From NCBI GenBank assembly GCA_964016885.1, contig OZ024740.1:243226001-243290000 (forward strand): a DNA stretch of 64,000 bases. The letters are read 5' to 3'. Position 1 is the first letter of the stretch. The number at the start of each line of letters is the position of its first letter. Source of the stretch: Eledone cirrhosa. Its lineage: Eukaryota. A program made the position numbers and the translations under genes. Under the pieces are notes generated by a model. It searched no databases and was not told where the DNA came from. It saw only the letters and a program-made list of their open reading frames with translations. Positions 49,850 to 61,742 of the stretch are shown here, one piece after another.

Positions 49850-51500
49850 ACGTGAGGCAGATGGTCACAAATACTAAAACCTTCCCTGGGGAAGAATGCA
49901 CCATCCAGCATAGGTTGGTGATTAGTGACTTTAGAATATGAGCTAGATACACACAAAAACCTAAAACTGTGAAAGTTTAAAGAGCCTTCAAACAGCAATA
50001 CATATAGAAACATACTATCGGGAACCTTTGGTAAGGAGGAAAAAGAGTTAGAAATAGATAATAGAGGACAACTAGAAACTTTATAAGACAACTTACTAAG
50101 GCCCACAAAAAAGTGACATAGTGGAGGAACAGTATTGTAGGTAAGGCCATAAAGCTAAAAAAAGAGGCTTGGAAAGTCTAGATGATGTGAAATAGGGAAA
50201 AATACTAAGTCGCTAAAAGAGAGGTTAGACATCACATTAATTTGGCAAAAGAGGAAACAGTAAGTACGAGGTTTGCCAATGCTCTGAAGAAAGGGCACAA
50301 TACGTTCTGGATTGCAAGATAGCGTACAAGCGAGAAGCAGGATGTCATGGGATACAAAAGCTTCCTTACTATTACTGACAACAAAAAGGTTAAATGGAAA
50401 TGTTACTGTGACTGTTGAATGAGGGTCTATCTCAAGTAGACCCAATGCAGTATCACCAAATTTGAGAGCAGTGTGGTAGATAAGGCAATTAAGAAAATGA
50501 TGGTAGGGAGGAAATTAGCTGGCCCTTCAGGGATTATTGCTGAGATGATTAAACTGTCTGCTGGATAACACAGACTAGTCACTCATATAATAAACCAGGT
50601 AGTATAGGAAAGTAGCATTTCCAATGACTGGCATATCAGCATTATTGTCAAATGCTATAAGAGTAAAGGAGATACACTAGAGAGAAGTAACTACAAGCAT
50701 TAAATTATGAGATCAAGTTATAAAAGTTAAAAGGTTATAAAGAGTAATAGCAAAGTTGATTAGGGCATAATTAATCTTGATGAAATGCAGTTTGGATTTA
50801 TGGTGGGAAGAAATACTATTTATACCATCTTCCAACTGAAACATCTGCAGGTGAAGTACTTAGCATTTATTAACTTGGGCAGTGGCTTTCAACAGAATCC
50901 CGCACTCTGTAATCTGGTGGATACTCAGAAAGCTAGGGATAGACAAATGGCTTGTGAGAGCTGTACAAACCATGTACAGGGGTACAGTCACCAAGGTGAG
51001 AGTTAACAATGGGTATAGCAATCAATCTAGCATGGGTCTGGGAGTTCAAGGTTTAGTTCTTACCCTCTCCTGTTCATTATAGTCCTTCAGGCCATAACAA
51101 GAATTAAATACTAGATGTCCATGGGAACCAATGATCTAGCCCTTAAAGTAGAAACTCTAGAACTAGAGTAGATGTTCCAGACATGAAAACAAAATCAGGA
51201 ATCAAAGACTAAAGTTTTAGTAAGTAGGAAAGAGGATAGGGCTGATACCATGCTTAATGTGCCAAAAAGGAGTAAGTAGAAACCCCATACAATGTGCCCA
51301 GCATGAACAGTGGACACACAAAAGATGTAGTGGAGCCATAGGTAGGCTCTTCGGGAGGTAAACTTCACATGTGACAGATGCATATGGGTAGTCAGCAGTA
51401 AATATACTCATAAAATAAACTTTCTCCAATGTACAGTAGACTCACAAGAGTAGTAAAAAGCTTTCATTATCCGGCAGACTTCATTAACAGTGGTGAGAAT
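49850..51500 (+). mobile_element. Decayed RTE LINE
   Basis: MQFGF.VGR.T and AFNRIPHSVIWWILRKLGIDKWLVRAVQ. Confidence 0.8.
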
Positions 51501-52410
51501 AAGGCGGAAGAAGTTCTGGGAGCCTGGATAGTTCAATTCAATGACAGACCATTTTGTGGTTGTTTGACTTGCAACAACCAGATTTTCTTCCAAACTACTG
51601 TTTTTAAAAAGGAGACACATTGGATAATGTAGTCTGGGTAAACTATGTCCTAGACAAAAGATAAGATAGTCATGGCTGGATTGCCATTGAACACAAGTCT
51701 AATCAATCACACTAGATAGTTGACCAAGTTAACTCCAGTATGATATGAATTCTGTTACATAATGATATTATGAAATTCATGTAACAGTAATAAAACACTG
51801 AATTGAGGCAAAGAAAATATGTTCCATATTCAACAGAGACTTTACTATTGGTTACTTTTTAGGAAATGGACCATAAAATCTATGATTTAAACCTTGAAAC
51901 CAGTATTCTAAGTCACTACTGATCTTCCAGACAAGCCAGTGATCTGTAGTCTCATATGTATGGTCTCACATACTACTGAGTGCACTGGGGAGGTTGTCAT
52001 GTCTTTGACACAACTGAGCGTCTTTCCAACCCTTTGTTTGGAAAGTTTTCTATGGCTAGATGCCCTTCCTATAAGCAGCCATTTTACAGTATGTACTGGG
52101 TGTATTTATCGTGTAGATCACCAAACACTAGGGAGGCTGCCATGTCCTTGACATGACTGAAGGGTCCTCCTAACCCTTTATTTGACAATTGGTGACAATT
52201 GGCCACACCTCACATCTTGGGGGATGTCTAAAGCAAATCAGATGATTACAGCTGGAACATCTTTGATCATAAGTCTGCTTCAATATAGCAGAACTGAGAA
52301 TAGATAAATAACAGCAATAACAACAAAACCATTCAATCATCCTTTATTGAGTAATATATATTTCAACAATGTTTTGTTCAACTAGATAATTATTGAGGTT
52401 TTCAACTCAC

Positions 52411-52456
52411 CATGTGTTCCAACATACATTATGGAAAAATACATCTTTGAAATTGT
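52411..52456 (-). CDS. Exon 2 of the PDI-like gene: TISKMYFSIMYVGTH(D)
   Basis: Acceptor atatttttcag, donor ATG|gtgagt; 46 nt, phase 0 to 1. It bridges exons 1 and 3 exactly and supplies the strand before CxxC. Confidence 0.8.
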
Positions 52457-52898
52457 CTGAAAAATATGAAATTCAATATTAGAAAAAAAATGAATAACAA
52501 TAAACCTGAATTAAATAAGATATGAAAAAATTACATAGTATGACATTGAAAGAAAGAGGCATGAAAATACTGTTACAATGGTTTGTTAAAAGAGAAAAAG
52601 GCATACAAGACAGAGAGTCTACCCCAAGAAAACCAAATAGAGGGAACAACTATCCATGTTGAGTAATATGGTAGCAACTGTAATTAAGGCCATGAAGGCA
52701 GGGAACATAGCTGATCTATCAGGAATAGTCGTTGAGATGATTAAGTTATCTGGTAAGGTAGGGCCCAGGCTAGACACTCACATAGTTATTCAGGTAAAGC
52801 AGGACAGTATCCTACCCAATGACTGATGTAGGAACAGCATTTTCAACTGCTTCAAGGATAAAGAAGATACATTAGGAAGACACAATTACAGAGGCATT

Positions 52899-53081
52899 TG
52901 GATTGGCAGTATCAGTAGAGGGTCGGACGCCATGCTTTCCAGCATAGTTACGTCCCTTTACGATCTGAGTTCAAATCTCGCCGAGGTTGACTTTGCCTTT
53001 CATCCTTACGGGGTCGATAAAATAAAGTACCAGTAATGCACTGGGTAATTGCTGGCCTTGTGCCTAAAGTAGAAACAATTA
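52899..53081 (+). mobile_element. Meta-like SINE
   Basis: Near-identical to 12091-12273. Confidence 0.88.
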
Positions 53082-53086
53082 AATTA

Positions 53087-55450
53087 CACTGGTCAACAAG
53101 TATTTTTCATCAAGCATATATCAAGGTGTACTTAGTGTAGTTTTTAATGCTGATTTCAAATATACAATTAGTTTTTTGATATCACGTACAGTTTTCAAGA
53201 TGAGAAAGTTTTTTGGTTTTAGCCCATGCATTATATTGAAATTCCAATTAATGACGTGTATTTCATTTACATCATGGAAACATACCTTTAAAATAAACTA
53301 CATTATTCATTGCTGCATAGTTCAGATGCAATATTTCATCATCTTAAATTAACCAATCAAGTTTTGTCTGATGAAATAGGTATTTCAACATCTCAAATTG
53401 TCCAGTCATAATTGGTCTGATGAAATATTTCATCTCAAATTCAATAAATGTATAACCATTTGTATCTATTTCCTTACTTGTTTTACAGTGTTAACAATGT
53501 CAAGACAGTGTAGGAATCGTTCTGATGTGTTTTGTTATGTCTGTGGACAATTTATTGTGAAAGCTCAAAAATGCACAATAACACCCGAGATCAAAAAGAT
53601 TTATAAGCTATATTTTGACTGTCCTCTTGGAGATCAGGACAAGTTATGGGCACCACATTTTATCTGCTCAGCTTGCTCAAATGGCTTATGTGACTGGTTC
53701 AATAAGAAGAAGTCCATGCCTTTTGCCATTCCAATGATATGGAGGGAGCCGAAAGACCATTTTAATGACTGTTATTTTTGCAAAGTAAATGTCACAGGAT
53801 TTTCTATAAAGAATAAACACAAAATTGTGTATCCCAATTTGGATTCTACAATGAGACCTGTGCCTCACAATGGAAGTCTACCAATTCCAGTTCCACCAAA
53901 TGATGGTATCGAAACATCAGATGATGATGCTGACTGTCACAATTGTGCTGCTGAGGAAGATTACATGGCTGATGACGATAGTTTTGAACCTCAGAAATGT
54001 TCCCAAGCTGAACTGAATGACGATGTCAGAGACCTATCCCTCTCAAAAGATAAAGCAGAACTGTTGGCATCAAGACTGAAGGAGAAGTATCTACTAGAGC
54101 ACAGTGTATAACTTATTTTTGGCAGAGAAATATGGTTCTACAAACGTTTTTCTGTTGACGGCCCGCTTTGCTTTTGCAGTAACATTGATGGACTTTTCGA
54201 ATGTTTATCACAAAATCATGACCCTGCAGAGCGCGTTTGTTTATTGACTCTTCAAAACGAAGTTTAAATGCTGTACTTCTCCATAATGGTAATTTGAAGC
54301 CCTCCATTCCTATTGCACATTCCGTTCATCTTCATGAATCATATGAGAATATGGAACTTTTACTTCATGTCATTGCCTATGAAAGATACTCATGGAAAAT
54401 ATGTGGAGATTTAAAAGTCATTGGAATGTTAATGGGAATGCAGTCAGATTTCACAAAATACTGTTGTTTCTTGTGTCTATGGGATAGCCGGGCAACTGAC
54501 AGACATTATTCGGAATCAAACTGGCAGACAAGAACATCATACCAGCCAGGACTGTCTAGTGTCAAGAATGTACTTCTTGTAGATCCATATAATGTCTTAT
54601 TGCCTCCTTTGCACATAAAGCTTGGACTGATGAAACAATTTGTAAAGACACTAGGGAAGAGAAATGCCAGAGAGTTTGAGTATATTGTAGAAAAGTTTCC
54701 CAAAATCACACAGGCGAAGTTGAAAGAGGGTATCTTTGTCGGACCCCAAATTAGAGAAGTACTCAAAGATGTCAACTTCAAGACAACACTGGATAAACTG
54801 GAACTGCCTGCCTGGAATGCTTTCAATTGGATCTGTGAGAATTTCTTGGGCAACAAGAAGGCAATGGACTACAAGGATGGCATCAAGAATCTGAAATGTT
54901 ACTCAGCAATGGGTTGTCGCATGTCACTGAAAGTTCACTTCTTGGACTCCCATCTGGATTTCTTCACAGATAACCTTGGAGTAGTGTCTGATGAACATGG
55001 TGAAAGATTTCACCAGGAGATTAGTGCTATGGAGAAACAGTACCAAGGCTTCTGGAATGTTAGTATGCTGGCTCACTAATGCTGGACACTTTACCATGAT
55101 CAACCAGATCAGGAACACCGCAGGAAATCCAAATCACAATGTTTCTAACTCTTTTGTTCTAACTTTGTCTGTTTTGTCTGACCCATATTTTGTGTATTCA
55201 CTCTTTGTAGAATGATAGTGATGATTTTTAACTCAATAAACTCATTTACTTTCTAAAAATAATATGTCCTTATTTATTACGTTAATGACTTCATATATAC
55301 AAATATGTAAATATTTGCATGTATCTACTGAAAAACTGATACGTGCTACATACAAATGGGGTGAATTTTGAAATCACCATGAAAAATTAGTTTTAAAAAG
55401 TTGGTTTACATTCATAATGAGTATGATACATTTAATTTCGTTGACCAGTG
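53087..55450 (+). mobile_element. Chapaev3-type (CMC superfamily) DNA transposon, both termini present
   Basis: TIR CACTGGTCAAC / GTTGACCAGTG, 3-bp TTA TSD, and an internal transposase. Confidence 0.85.
53497..55148 (+). pseudogene. Chapaev3 transposase, frameshifted near 54110 and 54230, premature stop at 55077-55079
   Basis: Motifs FCYVCG, GDQDKLWAPH, WREPKDH..DCYFC, LLPPLHIKLGLMKQFVK, SLKVHFLDSHLDFF and SDEHGERFHQ. Confidence 0.85.
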
Positions 55451-55789
55451 TTATAGGACCAGGTTAAAGATAGTCATGGAAAGATTTGTTACATAATTAA
55501 TCAGAAGCAGAATTAACATAAGATGCAGTTCAGCTTTGTGCCAGGAAGAGGTACTACAGATACCATTAACTGTTACCCTACTCCCAAATTTCTAGCCTTG
55601 TGCTTATGTTTTTATGACTACTTTTCTATACTGGGATAGGTTGGATGATATTTTAGGGGTGTGGCAGATTTTCTACAACCAGCTGCCCTTACTGGGGGGG
55701 GGGGGTCCATTCTTTATGTTTAAATACAATTTATACTGATATTCATTGATAAAATGATTAGTTAAAGGTTACATTTTTTATGCATGACA

Positions 55790-56360
55790 CACAAACGTCT
55801 CAATATGAATGGAGTTCCACTGAAGCATGTAGGGAAATTCAAGTATCTCATGCCATGTTCACAAGTGATGGAAGGTTAGAGGTTGAATGAAGTGCAAGAA
55901 TTGCAGGAGCTAGATCAGTAATGCACCAGCTTCAGAATTGGGTAATCAGAAGCGAGGTAGGTGTAAAAGCCAAACTCGCTATATTCAATTCGGTTTGTGT
56001 GGTCATGAATCTTGGGTAGTGACCGAAAGAATACAATCGCGAATACAAGCAGCCGAAATGGGATTCTTCCCAAGAGTTTGGGGGATAATGTTACTCAATA
56101 GAGTGTGCATAGCTCGGAGAGTGTAGAGTTGCTCCAGTTAAAGCCGCTACTTCTCCAAATTGAGAGAACACAGCACCGATACAATAGGCATGTGATTAGA
56201 ATGTCTCAGGAAAGACTCACTAGACAGACTTTTGGGGCAAAACCAACTGGCAGGAGAATAGCTAGCTCAGCTAGCCTGCTGGAAGGAGTGTTTGAGGACT
56301 CTAACCCCATGATCCTCTCAAGAAGAAGAAAGAGGAGGAGGAGAAGGAGGAGGAGGAATA
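55790..56360 (+). mobile_element. RTE-type LINE 3' fragment with an (AAG)/(AGG)n tail
   Basis: KFKYL..FTSDG, GHESWVVTERIQSRIQAAEMGF and HVIRMSQERL. Confidence 0.75.
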
Positions 56361-57320
56361 TTAATGGTTTCTTATTTAGGTACCTGCAATATTGGAAGAG
56401 GGGAAAGTCGATTAATTCGATCCCAGTGCGTGACTGGTACTTTATTTTATCGACCCCGTAAGGATGAAAGGCAAAGTTAACCTCGGCGGGATTTGAACTC
56501 AAATCATAAAGAAAAAATATTAATGTGAAAGTGCACAGAGAAAGACAGGCGCATGCGCACATACGGCTGACTTCCTCAGTTCATCAACCAAATCACTCAC
56601 AAAGCATTGATCAGGCCAATGTTATAGAAGAAAATACTTGCCAAAAATAATATACAGAGAGATAGAACTTGAAACCTGTGATTACGGGGCCAACATCTTA
56701 ACTACGCGGTCATGTCTGTGTTTATCAGCTATTCTGTGCCTAATATTGATAGAAAGTAATTGAAGGGAAATAACTCATCAAAAATCTAAATAATTTAAAG
56801 TCAGATAGATTATTGATATGGTTATTTACGTACACGTAGACATAAAATACCTGTGATATTTAGTTACGACTCTTTACATTCCAAGTTCAAATTCCACAGA
56901 TTCTAACATTGTTTTTCATCCTTCTAGGGTTGATAAAATTTAAGTACCATCCAAGTACGGAAAGTAAAAAGAATATAATACTGATGTAGCCTGGTGTCTC
57001 AGACCGTGAAAAAAAAGCAAATATATTTAGAGAGGAGTTTATAATCTGAGAGTGGATTGTGGAATGGACCTAACAAATGTAATTTATGGTATAAAGGACT
57101 TGCGATCAAAGACGTCACTAACCATGACCATCACGTCTTTTTTTTTTTTTTTTAACTATATCCCAAATCATTAACCAATGCCCAGGGCTACATTAACCTT
57201 AACCCCTAACTATAAACTTAAAGTTTAATCAACTTTTAATGCAACCCTAAACCTGACCTTTAACTATAACCCTGTCGGAACCCTAAGGCATAAATGTACA
57301 GAACAGTGAGTTGTATTATG

Positions 57321-57710
57321 AATAACATTACAAATACTTAGATAACATTATAAATTGCTCGCTATTTTTCCAGAAGGATATATTCCTTTAATGTTGCAAT
57401 ATTAAAGAAAATGTAAAGGAAGGGGTGAACAACCGAGCCAACATCAGAGCAAAAGACAGCAGCGAGGGGTACTGGGCAACCTCTCTAATGATTTTTGAGG
57501 CAAGCCAGCACACTCGGAGCGTTGTCTCGGGTGATGGCGAGGTTGATGCGCTGGAATAACCAAGCGCCCTCGCGAGATTCGCCAGTTACCTCTATTAGGC
57601 GAGTCGCCAGTGAAGAGAGGAACCTCGCAGTCAGCGGCCCGACTCCCCCAAACGCCTCGAAAGCTATAGGCTGAAAAATGTGGCTGACAGATCAGAGTAT
57701 TTGAGGGATT
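57321..57710 (-). mobile_element. CRE-like retroelement 3' end (copy 1)
   Basis: PIAFEAFGGVGPLTARFL...GAWLFQRINLAITRDNA, paralogous to the end of 29951-30967. Confidence 0.75.
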
Positions 57711-57727
57711 TAAATATATATATAATT

Positions 57728-58465
57728 AACATTACAAATGCTTAGATAACATAATAAATTGCACGCGATTCTTTCAGAAATGCTTAGATAACATTATAAA
57801 TTGCTCGCGATTCTTTCAGAAATGCTTAGATAACATTATAAATTGCTCGCGATTCTTTCAGAAATGCTTAGATAACATTATAAATTGCTCGCTATTTTTC
57901 CAGAAGAATATATTCTTTTAATGTTACAATATTAAGAAAATGTAAAGGAAAGGGTGAACAACCGAGCCAACACCAGAGCAAAAGACAGCAGCGAGGGGTA
58001 CCGGGCAACTTCTCTAATGAGTTTTGAGGCAAGCCAGTACACTTGCAGCGTTGCCTCGGGTGATGGCGAGATTAATGCGCTGGAACAACCAAGCGCCCTC
58101 GCGAGATTCGCCAGTTACCTCTATTAGGCGAGTCGCCAGTGAAGAGAGGAACCTCGCAGTCAGCGGCCCGACTCCCCCAAACGTCTCGAAAGCCACAGGC
58201 TGAAGAATGTAGCTGGCCGACAGATCAGAGTATTTGAGGGTATTACTCCGCTCGGCTGCGGAAGCTGTGGCTCTCCTCCTAACTGCAGCATCCAGGATGT
58301 GGGAAAAAGCAAAAGAGTCACTAACAGTGACGTCCCAGACAAGGCACCTGCCCCTTGACCAGGGGCACAGGATAAGGCCGTCGGGTCTTTTGCTGTCACT
58401 TCAGGACAACCCAGATGGTTCTGAGATTGGGGGGATGTTCGCCCGGGCCAAAGCTCTCTTGAGAA
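57728..58465 (-). mobile_element. CRE-like retroelement 3' end (copy 2) with a 42-bp tandem tail
   Basis: EPSGLS.SDSKRPDGL....QGGRCLVWDVTV.DSFA and WLFQRINLAITRGNAASVL. Confidence 0.82.
57736..57903. repeat. 4 x 42-bp tandem repeat
   Basis: aaatgcttagataacattataaattgctcgcgattctttcag at 57736, 57778, 57820 and 57862. Confidence 0.92.
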
Positions 58466-58888
58466 TCAATTGTATTAAATTTCATTGAATCTAAATCGGA
58501 CCGTCGTGTTTCTCTGTGGTTAATTTAGGTGAGTTTATAGTTGGGGTACTTAAGAAAATGGTAGAGTACAGCCAAATACGTATGTGGTTGTAGTCGCTGT
58601 AGATTGGTTTTTATTTCTAGTGGATCTCAACCCCATTCATTGCCTTGAACTAACAGACGTCGTGTGTGCCTCGACGGAGACATGACTGAACGCGTATGTA
58701 TAAAAAAAGAATCGAACAGATCTTATGGTAACTTCATACTTAGTTCTCTGAATTACTAAAGAAAGGTAATTTACTATTTTACGTTCGTAAACTATTACCG
58801 AATGTCAATATAAAAAAATATACTTTATTAAAATTAATACAAATTACTGATAACAATTGAAAATGGTGCAAAAGTATTATCATCACTG

Positions 58889-58917
<29 letters not shown>

Positions 58918-58921
<4 letters not shown>

Positions 58922-59135
58922 GGAGGTGAGTTTTATTGTAGTACAATAAAGCAATGCAGATATCGGATAAGAAGCACTCTACAGTTTGTGGGACTGGAGT
59001 ATGCATAATATAAGATCAAAAGATCATGTTCTCCTGTTTAATCTGATGAAAACACAAATATTATTGCATGATGATGTTTGTTTTTGAAATGCGCATAATA
59101 AAATATATGGAACTCCTTTAACCATCTTTTGATCT

Positions 59136-59146
<11 letters not shown>
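58918..59146. mobile_element. Hammerhead element with a partially inverted duplication, inserted in (TA)n
   Basis: ataatataagatcaaaagat at about 59006 is the reverse complement of atcttttgatcttatattat at about 59124. It matches 478-649 and 5435-5656. Confidence 0.78.
59037..59103 (+). ncRNA. Type I hammerhead ribozyme, intact core (one stem I mismatch)
   Basis: tttaat-CTGATGA(59043)-stem II-GAAA(59086)-TGCGCA-TA-ataaaa. Confidence 0.8.
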
Positions 59147-59192
<46 letters not shown>

Positions 59193-59195
<3 letters not shown>

Positions 59196-59800
59196 CATTA
59201 CAAATTGCTCACGATTCTTTCAGAATAACATTACAAATATAATGTCGTTGATAAACACAAATATAAACGCATATAACAAATACAACCAACCATCGCCAGG
59301 AACCCCACAAAAACAACGCACCAAAATACATGACCAGAGCGAGAGTAAGAAAATAAAAAGAAAAAAGGAGGGTAAGCAAAAATGAAAACGGCCATCAATT
59401 CACCTCCAAGTGCGACAATCGGTTGCACATCATAAGGGTCAACAGAACACTTTGAGGCAAGACAATACGCTTGCAGCATTAACACGGGTTATGGCGAGGC
59501 TAAGGCGCTGAAACAACTAGTCACCCTCGGGGGTATTTCCTGACACCTCAGTAAGTCGAGCCGCCAACGATGACAAAAAGTTCGCTGTCAACGGTCCAAC
59601 TCTACCAAACGTCCCGAATGTCACAGGTTGGAAAAAATAATTATTAGATAAATCCAGGTATTTCCGAATTGTATTCCGTTCGGCAACAGAAGCAGTGAAC
59701 CTCGCATTTACCGCGGCATCGATGATGTAGGAGGGAGCAAAAGAATCACTGACTGTGGTGTCCCAGATGAGACACCTACTTCTCACCCAGGGACAACCGG
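59193..59800 (-). mobile_element. CRE-like retroelement 3' end (copy 3, more diverged)
   Basis: RCLIWDTTVSDSFAPSY and FQPVTFGTFGRVGPLTANFLSSLA. Confidence 0.78.
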
Positions 59801-60140
59801 CTCCAGAAGTTAGAGGATATTGTTGATCACCGTTCACTGATATAGTTTGTATTCTAATTAACATATGTACATGTGCAACAAAATAATGTTTCAGAAAAAA
59901 ATAAATTTAGAGTAACGAAAGAAGAAAAGAAAAATAAACAAAAAGAATGTTCCTTTCTGAAATGAAATAAAATTAAATCAAATTTAGGTCCGTGTGATTG
60001 GAATAAAAAATGTTTGAAAAGACAGATTTAAATTGAAAGAAACCTGTCTTAAAAATCTTTGGTAATTAAGTCGTTGCATAATTTTCTGTTAAACAGCGAC
60101 CGGAATAAGTAAAAAATAATAGTTTAAAAGGATTGTTTAC

Positions 60141-60242
60141 CTTGTTGAAATTGTCTGTGTTGACTTCAATTACTGTTGTGGTGACTAATATAATAGAACA
60201 ATAAGAATAAAACAAAAGTTGTAAATATTTTAACGACGACAT
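60141..60242 (-). CDS. Exon 1 of a secreted/ER thioredoxin-domain (PDI-like) gene: MSSLKYLQLLFYSYCSIILVTTTVIEVNTDNFNK
   Basis: ATG at 60242. A hydrophobic signal-peptide-like stretch is followed by VIEVNTDNFNK, the typical start of a PDI a-domain (V.EL...NF). Donor AAG|gtaaac; 102 nt, phase 0. Confidence 0.85.
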
Positions 60243-60779
60243 TATAGTTAAGAGTTTATGAAACAAGAAAGAACCAAGTCCCAAAATAACATTCGTTACA
60301 CGTAATCTTTAAATCAGACAAAGTGGCTTTGCACAATAAGTCACATTTGGGCAAGCTGTTGCCGCCAACTCATTGATTAAAAGATTGTAGTTTATTGATT
60401 ACCAAGATAGCCATGTGATAATCAGTTTTATTCGTGCATCTTAAGAGCGACAGATGGCTATTGTTAATGAACATATCGCCAGAAATACATTGAGCAAATT
60501 TACAATTTGTTACATTGCTATGTTTTGTTCGTTTTTGTATTAAGCGTTAAACATTTACTTTGAAGAACATTTATAATTCTAACAATAGAATTACGTTATG
60601 TAACAAACTATGTAGCAAATATATATTTGATCAGAATATGTTTATAGAATGAAATGGTAGCTTAATAACAAAATTTTTACTTATATATATATATATTTCA
60701 AAATTTTTATTATATAGAGCATATAAATAAATTTACAGTAGAATAAAATAACAAATATGTTTTAAATATATACATAAAT

Positions 60780-61195
60780 AGCATTACAAATGTTTGGATA
60801 ACATTATAAATTGCTGGCGATTCTTTCAGAAAGATATATTCTTTTAATGTTACAAATATTAAAGAAAATGTAAAGGAAGGGGTGAACAACCGAGCCAACA
60901 CCAGAGCAAAAGACAACAACGTCGCGAGGAGTACCGGGCAACCTCTCTAATGATTTTTGAGGCAAGCCAGCATACTCGGAGCGTTGTCTTGGGTGATGGC
61001 GAGACTAATGCGCTGGAACAACCAAACGTCCTCGTGAGATTCGCCAGTTACCTCTATTAGGTGAGCCGCCAGTGAAGAGAGGAACCTCACAGTAGCGGCC
61101 CGACTCCCCCAAACGTCTCGAAAGCCACAGGCTGAAAAATGTAGCTGGCCGACAGATCACAGTATTTGCGGGTCTTACTCTGCTCGGCTGTGGAG
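60780..61195 (-). mobile_element. CRE-like retroelement 3' end (copy 4), about 540 bp upstream of the gene ATG
   Basis: Near-identical to 57865-58262. Confidence 0.8.
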
Positions 61196-61424
61196 AAAGT
61201 TTTCAATGATATTTAAATTACCACCGAAGACTTCAGAACTACACCGAAACAAAATAATCTTTAAAAAAAGCCGAATATGGTGGAAATAAGTCTGTACGTA
61301 GTCATTCGGAATAACTTTTGGATATTATCCCTAGTTTAGATATTTATTTATCTAAACTAGCTGACCCCGTGGAAATTTCACGATTGTTGAAAACGAAAAC
61401 AATAATACTCTAGTATTATTTGTT

Positions 61425-61725
61425 CCTTACGGGGTCGATAAAATAAAGTACCAGTAATGCACTGGGTATGTGCTGGCCTTGTGCCTAAAGTAGAAACAAT
61501 TATTTGTTATTTCATCATTATATCAGTTACAAGGGTGATGGATTGGCAGTATCGGTAGAACGTCAGACACCATACTTTGCAGCATAGAGTTATGGCCCTT
61601 TACGTTCTAAGTTCAAATCCCGCCGAGGTTAACTTTTCCTTTCATCCTTATGGGGTCGATAAAATAAATAACTAGTAATACACTGGGGGTAATTGCTGGC
61701 CTTGTGCGAAAAGTAGAAACAATTA
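61425..61725 (+). mobile_element. Partial plus full Meta-like SINE
   Basis: The full copy at 61532-61725 has TSD attatatcagttaca. Confidence 0.85.
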
Positions 61726-61742
61726 TATCAGTTACATTAGTG

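Larger units (their letters stand above)
52590..55570 (+). mobile_element. Decayed RTE fragment split by a SINE and a Chapaev3 insertion
   Basis: aattacagaggcatt (NYRGI) before 52898 continues as ..ggaccagg...atgcagttcagctttgtgccaggaagagg after 55450. Confidence 0.7.

Noticed and set aside
60355-60465. X-box-like gttgccgccaac and CTCF-like agcgacagatggc upstream of the ATG
   Set aside because: These are short imperfect matches and the TSS is unknown, so they cannot be supported from sequence alone.
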